The notes under the pieces were generated by a model that was given only the letters and a program-made list of their open reading frames with translations, did no database searches and had not been told where the DNA came from. The translations under genes and the position numbers were made by a program. A stretch of 64,000 nt of DNA from Candidatus Latescibacterota bacterium (GTDB taxonomy: Bacteria > Latescibacterota > UBA2968 > GCA-2709665): assembly GCA_965222075.1 (NCBI GenBank), contig OZ244937.1, positions 1,440,001 to 1,504,000 on the forward strand. Reading direction: 5' to 3'. Below, piece after piece: positions 56,115 through 64,000 of the stretch (positions within the stretch are counted from its first letter, which is position 1; each line of letters starts with the position of its first letter).

Positions 56115-57386
56115 GTGAACAGTTTCAAAATGGCCCTCCGGGCAGGGTGCTTCCTCACGGCCTTCACCACAAGCTTCGCGGGCGCTGAAGCGCTCAACCT
56201 GAAAGCGCTGATTGACGAAGCGCTTGCGAACAATCCGGAACTGACCGCCCTGAAGAGCCGGTGGGAGGCGTTTGAGACGCGGGTGCCCCGGGCAGGGGCA
56301 TTGAACGATCCGACGCTTCGGCTCGACGCAATAAACCTGCCCACAAGTACATTCGACTTCAACACTACGCCAATGTCGGGAAAATCGGTCATGTTCAGCC
56401 AGCAGATCCCCTTTCCGGGCACGCTGGCAGCCAGGGAGCGGATGGCGAGACACGCGGCAGCATCGGCCCGGGAAATCTATCGGGACCGGGAAGGCGTGAT
56501 TGTGAACATGGTCAAGCAGGCCTACTTCAGCCTGGCGTTTTTTGACCGATCGATCCGGATCACGCAGAAAAACAAGGCATTGTTGAAGGACTTCATCCGA
56601 ATCGCCCAGACGAAATACGCGGTGGGCCGCGGTCTGCAGCAGGATGTGCTTAAAGCCCAGGTGTCGCTATCGGGGTTGATGGACCGATTAATCAAGCTCA
56701 GGCGGATGCGACGGACGGCCGAAGCGCAGCTGAACCTGGTGCTCAACCGGCCCCCACAAGCGCCGGTCGGTGCCCCGGATGGGGTGACCCTGACCCCGCT
56801 GGCGCTGTCCCTGGAAGCGATCCGGCAGGCCGCGCTGGAAAACCGCCATCTGCTGAAAGGGATCAACCAGACCATCCAGCAGTGGGCAGCGGCAAAAGAG
56901 GCTGCCCGCCGGCAGCTCTGGCCGTACTTCACCTTCACCTTTGGCTACCGGCAGCGGGCGTTTATGCCCACAGACCCGGTGAAAGGCAGCGATTTTCTCT
57001 CCTTCGGCGTGGGAATAAGCCTGCCGATCTACCGGGGGCGCAAGCAACACCAGAAAGTAGCCGAGGCGCAGGCCAACATCCGGATGGTCGAAGCGCAGCA
57101 CGAGGCGGCCAGGCAGCGGGTGCTTTTCCAGGTGCAGACGATCTACCTGGAGATTGGACAGCATAGGGAAGAGGCGGAGTTGTTCCGGACCGCCATCTTA
57201 CCCCAGGCGGAGCAATCTCTCCGATCCGCGGCGGCCGGCTACCAGGTGGACAAGGTCGACTTTCTGACCCTGTTAAACAATCAGGTCACGCTTTTCAATT
57301 TCGAAATCGACTACTACCGGCATGTGACAGAACACGAAAAACAACTGGCGGACTTAGAAGCGGTCGTTGGAAAGCGGCTTTTTTAA
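56115..57386 (+). CDS. TolC family outer-membrane efflux protein (CusC-like)
   Basis: ALANNPEL, QQIPFPG, GRGLQQDVLKAQ, YQVDKVDFLTLL; GTG 56115 after GGAG. Confidence 0.92.
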   Translation: MNSFKMALRAGCFLTAFTTSFAGAEALNLKALIDEALANNPELTALKSRWEAFETRVPRAGALNDPTLRLDAINLPTSTFDFNTTPMSGKSVMFSQQIPFPGTLAARERMARHAAASAREIYRDREGVIVNMVKQAYFSLAFFDRSIRITQKNKALLKDFIRIAQTKYAVGRGLQQDVLKAQVSLSGLMDRLIKLRRMRRTAEAQLNLVLNRPPQAPVGAPDGVTLTPLALSLEAIRQAALENRHLLKGINQTIQQWAAAKEAARRQLWPYFTFTFGYRQRAFMPTDPVKGSDFLSFGVGISLPIYRGRKQHQKVAEAQANIRMVEAQHEAARQRVLFQVQTIYLEIGQHREEAELFRTAILPQAEQSLRSAAAGYQVDKVDFLTLLNNQVTLFNFEIDYYRHVTEHEKQLADLEAVVGKRLF

Positions 57387-57401
57387 CCAGGGGGTGGTCC
57401 T

Positions 57402-58682
57402 ATGAAGACCAAACAGAGCATAGTGGTGATTCTGGCCCTGGGAGTTGGATTTGCCACAGGGGTCTGGATGGGAGGAGACCATGGAACAGGACACGAAGCG
57501 ACAGAAGCGGCGACCTACCGATGTCCGATGCACCCGACCGTGGTCTCGGAAAGGCCGGGGAGTTGCCCGATCTGCGGGATGGACCTGGTGGCGGACAAAA
57601 CGCACGGGGAAGCTCACGTATCCGGCGAACGCAAAATGGAAAGCGGAAGGGGCGTGAAGATCGACCCTGCGACAGTGCAGAACATCGGGGTGAAGACCGC
57701 GGTGGTAGAGCGGCAGCCGCTGGTCCGCACGGTGCGCACCGTGGGGCGCGTGGACTACGACGAGACCCGAATGACCGATGTGAACACCAAGGTCACCGGC
57801 TGGGTGGAACGATTGTTTGTGGACTACACTGGACAGATGGTAAAAAAGGGACAGCCGCTTTTGGAGATCTACAGTCCCGAACTTGTGGCTGCCCAGGAGG
57901 AATACCTGACGGCCCTGGACTACAACCGGCGGCTGATGGAAAGCGCCTCCGAGGAGATTGCGGCAGGGGCGCTTGACCTGCTCAGATCGGCCAGACAGCG
58001 GCTTCTCTACTGGGACATCACCGAAGAACAGATTGCCGAACTGGAGCGCACCCGGCAGGTCAAGCGGACGATGACCCTCCACTCCCCGCAGCAGGGCGTG
58101 GTCGTCCACAAGGACGTATTCGATGGGGCGCACATCAAAGCCGGCCAACACCTCTACCGGATCGCCGACCTCTCCCGGGTCTGGGTCTACGCCCACATCT
58201 ACGAGTACGAACTGCCCTGGATCAAGATGGGACAGGAAGCGGAAGTGGAACTCTCCTACGAACCGGGAAAGACCTTCCGGGGAAAGGTGACTTACGTCTA
58301 CCCCTTCTTAGAGTCGAAGACGCGGACGGTGAAGGTGCGGATGGTATTCCCAAACCCCGGGATAAAGTTGAAACCGGAGATGTATGCCAATGTCAAAATA
58401 AAGCCTGTCGTGTCCCGCAACGCGGTCGTCGTGCCGACGCAGGCGGTGATCCGTTCCGGGACGCGCAACGTGGTCATTCTGGACCTCGGCGAGGGCCGCT
58501 TCCTGCCCCGGGAGGTCGTGCTGGGCGTCGAAGCGGAGGGGGTCACCGAGGCCATCAAAGGCCTGGCGGAGGGGGATCGGATCGTGACGTCGGCGCAGTT
58601 CCTGATCGATTCGGAGAGCCACCTGAAGGCGGCGCTGGCCACGATGGGCGGGGATCGGTCGGAAGCGGGACATCAGCATTAG
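57402..58682 (+). CDS. cusB: CusB-like RND periplasmic adaptor with heavy-metal-binding domain
   Basis: YRCPMHP...CPICGMDL, IYSPELVAAQEEY, KPEMYA, FLIDSES. Confidence 0.9.
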   Translation: MKTKQSIVVILALGVGFATGVWMGGDHGTGHEATEAATYRCPMHPTVVSERPGSCPICGMDLVADKTHGEAHVSGERKMESGRGVKIDPATVQNIGVKTAVVERQPLVRTVRTVGRVDYDETRMTDVNTKVTGWVERLFVDYTGQMVKKGQPLLEIYSPELVAAQEEYLTALDYNRRLMESASEEIAAGALDLLRSARQRLLYWDITEEQIAELERTRQVKRTMTLHSPQQGVVVHKDVFDGAHIKAGQHLYRIADLSRVWVYAHIYEYELPWIKMGQEAEVELSYEPGKTFRGKVTYVYPFLESKTRTVKVRMVFPNPGIKLKPEMYANVKIKPVVSRNAVVVPTQAVIRSGTRNVVILDLGEGRFLPREVVLGVEAEGVTEAIKGLAEGDRIVTSAQFLIDSESHLKAALATMGGDRSEAGHQH

Positions 58683-58724
58683 GCCCCCTCCCCTTGTGGG
58701 GAAGGAGGGTCAGAGGGTTAGATC

Positions 58725-61700
58725 GTGCTCAACCGAATCATCGAAGCAAGTCTCCGTAACCGTTTCCTGATCGTCCTTGGAACGTTGTTCGCCATTGGGT
58801 GGGGGATCTACGCAGTGTGGAACACCCCCTTAGACGCGATTCCGGACCTGTCGGACGTGCAGGTGATTATCCTTACGGAGTATCCCGGGCAGGCGCCCCA
58901 GGTGGTGGAAGACCAGATCACCTATCCGTTGACCACCGCGATGCTGGCGGTGCCCTTTGCCAAGGCCGTGCGGGGCTACTCCTTTTTCGGGCTGTCGTTC
59001 GTCTACGTCATCTTCGAAGACGGCACGGACATGTACTGGGCGCGCAGCCGGGTGCTGGAGTACCTCAACTTCGTCTCGGGCCGCCTGCCCGGGGGCGTCA
59101 CCCCCTCGCTCGGTCCGGATGCGACGGGCGTGGGCTGGGTCTACGAATACGTTCTGGAGGACACCACGGGGAAACACGACCTGGCCGAACTCCGCTCAAT
59201 CCAGGACTGGTACCTGCGCTACGAACTGACCGGTGTGCCCGGTGTGTCGGAGGTGGCCAGCATCGGCGGCTTTGTGAAACAGTACCAGGTCACCGTGGAC
59301 CCGAACAGGCTGCTGGCCTACAACATCCCCCTGCAGAAGATCCGGACGGCAATCCGGCGCAGCAACAACGACGTGGGGGGACGGTTGATCGAAATGGGCG
59401 AGACGGAATTTATGGTGCGCGGCCTGGGCTACATCAACTCCCTGGACGACATCCGCAGCGTTCCGGTCGGCGTGGACGCCGGTGGGACGCCGATCCGGGT
59501 GCGGGACATCGCCACCGTACAGCTTGGGCCGGAACTGCGGCGGGGGCTGGCCGAGTGGAACGGACAGGGAGAGGTCGTCGGCGGCATCGTGGTCATGCGC
59601 TACGGAGAAAATGCCTTAGCCGTGATCGACCGGGTAAAAGAAAAGATCGAATCTCTCAAACCCGGTCTGCCCGAGGGCGTGGTCATCCGAACCGCCTACG
59701 ATCGGTCGGCATTGATCCTGCGGGCGATCGACAATCTCAAGGGAAAACTGATCGAAGAGAGCGCGGTGGTGGCCCTCGTCTGCATCCTCTTCCTGCTCCA
59801 CTTACGCAGCGCCTTCGTGGCAATCGTCACCCTGCCCGTGGGCATCCTGATCTCCTTTGCGATCATGCACAACCAGGGGATCAACGCGAACATCATGTCC
59901 TTAGGCGGCATCGCCATCGCCATTGGAGCGATGGTGGACGCGGCCATCGTCATGATCGAAAACGCGCACAAACACATCGAACGGGATGCGGGAAAAAAGG
60001 ACCACTGGGAGATCATCCTGGACGCCTCTAAGGAAGTGGGACCGGCGCTGTTCTACTCCCTGCTGATCATCACCCTCTCCTTCCTGCCGGTCTTCACGCT
60101 GCAGGCGCAGGAGGGCAGGCTGTTCAAACCCCTGGCGTTTACCAAAACCTACGCGATGGCCGCCTCCGCGCTCCTGGCGATTACGATTGTGCCGGTGCTG
60201 ATGGGCTTCTTCATCCGGGGCCGGATTCTGCCTGAGCGCAAGAACCCGATCAACCGACTCCTGATTCGGATCTACCGGCCCGCGATCGACTGGGTGCTGC
60301 GTCACAAGATCGCCACCATCGTCCTGGCCGGCCTTATGCTGTTTGTCACCGTCTTTCCGTTCGGGAGCATGGTCCTGTCCCACTTTTCCGACCTGCCTGT
60401 GCGCCGCACGCAGACAGGTCACCTCCAAAGCCTGAGCTACCGTGCCCTGGTGAAAGTAGACCGGCTTTTTCCTTTAGAGAAGATCGGCTCGGAGTTTATG
60501 CCCCCCCTCTACGAAGGCGACCTGCTCTACATGCCCACCACCCTGCCCGGCATCTCCGTCACAAAGGCCCGGGAACTCCTGCAGCAAACCGACAAGATCA
60601 TCCGCACCTTCCCGGAGGTACACCACGTATTCGGGAAGATCGGGCGGGCGGAAACGGCCACGGACCCGGCCCCTCTGTCCATGATCGAGACCACGATCAT
60701 GCTCAAGCCGGAAAGCGGGTGGCGGCCGGGGATGACGCCGGAAAAGCTGGTGGACGCCCTCAACGAGGCCATCCGGTTCCCCGGCCTGACGAACGCCTGG
60801 ACGATGCCAATCAAAACCCGGATTGATATGCTTTCAACCGGCATCAAGACCCCGGTGGGGATCAAGGTTGCAGGGGACAACCTGGAGACACTGCAGCGGT
60901 TGGGCAAACAGATCGAAGACGTGGTGCGGAACCTGCCGGGCACCCTGAGCGTGTTCGCCGAGCGGGTGGTCGGCGGGAACTACCTGGACTTTGAAATCGA
61001 CCGGGAGGAGGCCGCACGCTACGGGCTTACCGTGGGAGACGTGCAGGACATCATCATGTCGGCCGTAGGCGGCATGAACATCACCCACACCGTGGAGGGA
61101 CGGGAGCGATACCCGGTGAACCTGCGCTACGGCCGGGAACTGCGGGACAACCTCCCGGCGCTGCGCCGGGTGCTGGTGCCCACGCCCATGGGAGCGCAGG
61201 TACCGATCGGACAGCTTGCGGCTATCCACATCCGGAAGGGCCCGCCGGGCATCAAGAGTGAAAATGCCCGCCTGAATGCCTGGGTCTACGTGGACATCAA
61301 GAACATCGACGTGGGGACCTACGTGGGACGGGCGCAGCAGGCGGTGCTGGAGCACGTGCAGATGCCGCCCGGCTACACCGTGATCTGGAGCGGGCAGTAC
61401 GAGTATATGCAGCGGGCTGAGAAGCGGTTGAAAGTGGTCGTCCCCGTAACGTTGGGAATCATCTTCCTGCTGCTGTTCCTGAACTTTCGGAATGTAGTCG
61501 AAAGCCTGATCGTCATGCTTTCCCTGCCCTTCGCGCTGGTCGGTGGCATCTGGCTCATGTACCTGCTGGACTACAACATGAGCGTGGCCGTAGGGGTAGG
61601 CTTTATCGCATTGGGCGGGGTGGCCGCAGAGACGGGGGTGATCATGCTGATCTACTTAGACCACGCCTACGAGGCGATACGCCGCGAAAAGGGCGCCCGG

Positions 61701-61964
61701 ATGGGACCGAAAGACCTCTACGAAGCGATTATGATCGGAGCCGTGGAACGGGTACGGCCCAAAATGATGACCGTCACGGCGATCATGGCCGGGTTGCTCC
61801 CGATCATGTGGGGCCACGGCGCCGGGTCTCAGGTGATGAAGCGCATCGCCGCGCCGATGGTGGGCGGAATGATCTCGTCCACGATTCTGACCCTGTTGGT
61901 CATCCCCGCGATCTATGCCCTCTGGAAGGGGTGGGAGCTGCGCCGGACAAAAAATAGTGAATGA
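58725..61964 (+). CDS. cusA: CusA/SilA family heavy-metal RND permease
   Basis: DAIPDLSDVQVI, GPDATGVGWVY, GSEFMPPLYEGDLLYMP, DPAPLSMIET, AWTMPI, RVRPKMMT. Confidence 0.96.
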   Translation: MLNRIIEASLRNRFLIVLGTLFAIGWGIYAVWNTPLDAIPDLSDVQVIILTEYPGQAPQVVEDQITYPLTTAMLAVPFAKAVRGYSFFGLSFVYVIFEDGTDMYWARSRVLEYLNFVSGRLPGGVTPSLGPDATGVGWVYEYVLEDTTGKHDLAELRSIQDWYLRYELTGVPGVSEVASIGGFVKQYQVTVDPNRLLAYNIPLQKIRTAIRRSNNDVGGRLIEMGETEFMVRGLGYINSLDDIRSVPVGVDAGGTPIRVRDIATVQLGPELRRGLAEWNGQGEVVGGIVVMRYGENALAVIDRVKEKIESLKPGLPEGVVIRTAYDRSALILRAIDNLKGKLIEESAVVALVCILFLLHLRSAFVAIVTLPVGILISFAIMHNQGINANIMSLGGIAIAIGAMVDAAIVMIENAHKHIERDAGKKDHWEIILDASKEVGPALFYSLLIITLSFLPVFTLQAQEGRLFKPLAFTKTYAMAASALLAITIVPVLMGFFIRGRILPERKNPINRLLIRIYRPAIDWVLRHKIATIVLAGLMLFVTVFPFGSMVLSHFSDLPVRRTQTGHLQSLSYRALVKVDRLFPLEKIGSEFMPPLYEGDLLYMPTTLPGISVTKARELLQQTDKIIRTFPEVHHVFGKIGRAETATDPAPLSMIETTIMLKPESGWRPGMTPEKLVDALNEAIRFPGLTNAWTMPIKTRIDMLSTGIKTPVGIKVAGDNLETLQRLGKQIEDVVRNLPGTLSVFAERVVGGNYLDFEIDREEAARYGLTVGDVQDIIMSAVGGMNITHTVEGRERYPVNLRYGRELRDNLPALRRVLVPTPMGAQVPIGQLAAIHIRKGPPGIKSENARLNAWVYVDIKNIDVGTYVGRAQQAVLEHVQMPPGYTVIWSGQYEYMQRAEKRLKVVVPVTLGIIFLLLFLNFRNVVESLIVMLSLPFALVGGIWLMYLLDYNMSVAVGVGFIALGGVAAETGVIMLIYLDHAYEAIRREKGARMGPKDLYEAIMIGAVERVRPKMMTVTAIMAGLLPIMWGHGAGSQVMKRIAAPMVGGMISSTILTLLVIPAIYALWKGWELRRTKNSE
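60391..60419. repeat. Short palindromic element inserted in frame in cusA
   Basis: ACCTGCCTGTGCGCCGCACGCAGACAGGT, read as DLPVRRTQTG; differs from the 11290 copy only in the loop. Confidence 0.9.
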
Positions 61965-62035
61965 TCAAACACAGTAATGATGTATCTTAAAAGCAAACAT
62001 CCGCCGGATTCATACACTTTAACGGAGGTTATACC

Positions 62036-62395
62036 ATGCGTTTTTACATCTTTTCACTCCTATCCGCAGGACTGCTGGCGCTCTCCCTCTCCGCGCTCAA
62101 CTCCTGCGCCACAAAAACCGAGGCGAAAGTCGCCGAAATCAAGCTTCCCACGATTCAGTGTGGGGCCTGCGTAAAAACGGTTTCCAAGGCCCTTGAGAAC
62201 ACCGAAGGCGTAAAAGAGGTCAACGTGGACCTGAAAAAAAAGCTGGCCAGGGTAACCTACCTGCCGGACCGGACCGACCTCACCAGCCTGGAGCAGGCCG
62301 TGGCCAGGGCCGGCTACGATGCGAACAGCACCAGGTGCGACCCCGAGGCCTACGCCAGCCTCCCCGACTGCTGCAAGCTTCCGGACGCGAAATAA
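62036..62395 (+). CDS. Exported heavy-metal-associated (HMA) domain protein, probable lipoprotein
   Basis: Lipobox-like LNSC, IQCGAC, C-terminal AYASLPDCCK. Confidence 0.9.
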   Translation: MRFYIFSLLSAGLLALSLSALNSCATKTEAKVAEIKLPTIQCGACVKTVSKALENTEGVKEVNVDLKKKLARVTYLPDRTDLTSLEQAVARAGYDANSTRCDPEAYASLPDCCKLPDAK

Positions 62396-62440
62396 CGCAC
62401 ATCCAGACCGGATCGATGGAAATCTCCCGCATCACCTCCT

Positions 62441-63847
62441 TCATTGAGCAGCTTTCTTAAGCCGCCGGGTCGCCCACAGGTTCCAACCCAGGATAGCCAC
62501 GGCGGTCCAGCTCAGAAGCCCTGAAATGCCAAAGGCGGCCATTGAAACCATCAGGCCGCCGGGCACACGGTCCAGGAGGTCGCTCAGAACCAGCGGCCCC
62601 ACCCGGAAGAACGCGGCCGCTCCGGCGACCCAGAAGGTGACCGCGACCAGCGCCGGGTAAGCGACCCGCCGTTTGTGGAGGAATCCCGGGACCATGCGTG
62701 GGGCCATTCCGAAAATCAGGAGGGAGATGAAGCCGGCGAGGTAGATATGACGGACCGCGTCCGGGCCTGCCGGGGAAGGCATCCCGCCCAGGGCGGCCAG
62801 GCCGGCGATGCATTCGAGTCCAGCGCCCAGGGCCAGCCAGGCGTAGGCAGCGTAGAGCAGCCACTCGAAGCGGCCGAATTCCCCGTAGTCAGGCAGCCCT
62901 TTTCGGGTAGGGCGACGGTCGGGACCGGGCGCTCCGATGCGCTTGCTTGTCCAGGGGGAACGTCTCCGGAAAAGGATGTCGAGTTTCCAGATAAAGCAGA
63001 GGAGCGTTCCCCCTTTGAAGGCTCCTCCGAAGCTGGAAAAGAGGCGACCGATCCCTTCCTGTTCCGGAAAGAGGTTCAAGAGTTCGATCAGGACTGGCAG
63101 CTGCTCCAGGGTAAGGGCCAGAAGGTAGACAATGCCGATCCCCCGTACCGGCCAGTCTGCTGCTGGAAGGCGGAGATAGAGGGGGAAAGTCCGAATAGAA
63201 AAGGCCATGGCGACCGGGAGCAGCACCAGGCCAACGAAAAGGCCGATCCCAAAACGGTTCCAGGCGATCCGTACGAGGGTGTTTCCCTCGTAGGCGGCAA
63301 ACAGGACCAGAGTGCTGCTAATAGCAGTGTAGAACACCCACCCGCAGACGGCCATCAGGAGGAAGATGCGCACAGAGCGCAGGGCCGGCCGATGCCGGGC
63401 TGCCCGGCGGACCGTTCCCACCAGCAAAATGAGGTAGAACCCTACGCCGATGGCCTCTGCAGTCCCGGAGAGCCCCATCACCCAGCGGAGGCCGAGGCGC
63501 ACGGTCTCTGAGGGGTAACTGTGGAGCAGCGGCTGCGCGAGCGTCCTGAAAAGAATACCGAAGGTAAGAAAAGCACAGGTCCAGGGGAGCAGCCGGGGAA
63601 AGCGGAGAGACACACCGGCCAGGCGAGGGACAAAGTAGAGACTGACGCCGATGATGAAGAGGCCGGTCCACCCCATAAGCTGCGCGTGTCCGTGGGCCTG
63701 AAGCATCGCCGCCCACCAGTTACCCATGGACAGGTCAAACCCGATCATCACCGCCAGCACGGCCGCATAGCCAAACCCGGCGGTGAGGGCGATGCCGATT
63801 GCGGCCAGGACGAAGCCAAACTCGAATTCCGTATATTTCAACATCAT
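62441..63847 (-). CDS. NnrS-like multi-TM membrane protein
   Basis: About 12 TM; HGHAQLMGWTGLFIIG...PRL and RHIYLAGF...GMAPRMVP histidine motifs. Confidence 0.7.
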   Translation of the reverse strand: MMLKYTEFEFGFVLAAIGIALTAGFGYAAVLAVMIGFDLSMGNWWAAMLQAHGHAQLMGWTGLFIIGVSLYFVPRLAGVSLRFPRLLPWTCAFLTFGILFRTLAQPLLHSYPSETVRLGLRWVMGLSGTAEAIGVGFYLILLVGTVRRAARHRPALRSVRIFLLMAVCGWVFYTAISSTLVLFAAYEGNTLVRIAWNRFGIGLFVGLVLLPVAMAFSIRTFPLYLRLPAADWPVRGIGIVYLLALTLEQLPVLIELLNLFPEQEGIGRLFSSFGGAFKGGTLLCFIWKLDILFRRRSPWTSKRIGAPGPDRRPTRKGLPDYGEFGRFEWLLYAAYAWLALGAGLECIAGLAALGGMPSPAGPDAVRHIYLAGFISLLIFGMAPRMVPGFLHKRRVAYPALVAVTFWVAGAAAFFRVGPLVLSDLLDRVPGGLMVSMAAFGISGLLSWTAVAILGWNLWATRRLKKAAQ

Positions 63848-64000
63848 ATCCCCTATACCTTACGTCTCGTCGGTGAACGTGCTCTCGATGTCCCCCCAAC
63901 GTGCGTGTACCGTCAGGCAAGATGTGGCATAAGATACGGAAGTTGGGAGTTGGAATCCAGAAGGAAATCCCATCGAGAGGTTGGTATGACCCTTAAAAAG

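Noticed and set aside
58683-58718. CCCTCCCCTTGTGGGGAAGGAGGG hairpin between cusB and cusA as a third repeat family
   Set aside because: Single degenerate copy overlapping the cusA RBS; cannot be supported from this window.

Overview
64 kb of GC-rich chromosome from a diderm bacterium. The gene content (FCB-type sigma70, TonB receptor with a carboxypeptidase-like N-domain, heparinase-like protein, expanded uxuA/Gfo-Idh-MocA/Mo-hydroxylase paralogues) suggests an FCB-related, Latescibacterota-like lineage; this is inference. Left to right: the 3' end of a restriction-like defence locus (probable DUF1156 methylase tail plus a PLD-nuclease/SNF2 helicase); a BCCT transporter and TonB receptor, preceded by a collapsed relic of a second TonB receptor; ychF; a molybdenum-hydroxylase cluster with three large subunits but one FAD and one 2Fe-2S subunit, plus MoaD-like and rhodanese genes; two tRNA-Pro; an mla operon; sigma70; tRNA-Arg(CCG) with an 88-bp tandem duplication; a 31-aa bS22-like ribosomal protein missing from the ORF track; hup; an AT-rich DUF4258/YgiT islet; aroQ, manC-like, heparinase-like, accD, LysR, dsbD; three tandem uxuA-like genes; solA; and a CusCBA-type operon led by a Cys-rich putative leader peptide. 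The most striking unexplained structure is a family of tiny palindromes (CCTGYCTG-loop-CAGRCAGG) with 8 loci. Two sit in frame inside protein-coding genes (in one, removing exactly 27 nt restores the paralogue sequence) and one copy is nested inside another. No CRISPR array, rRNA, transposase or integrase was seen.
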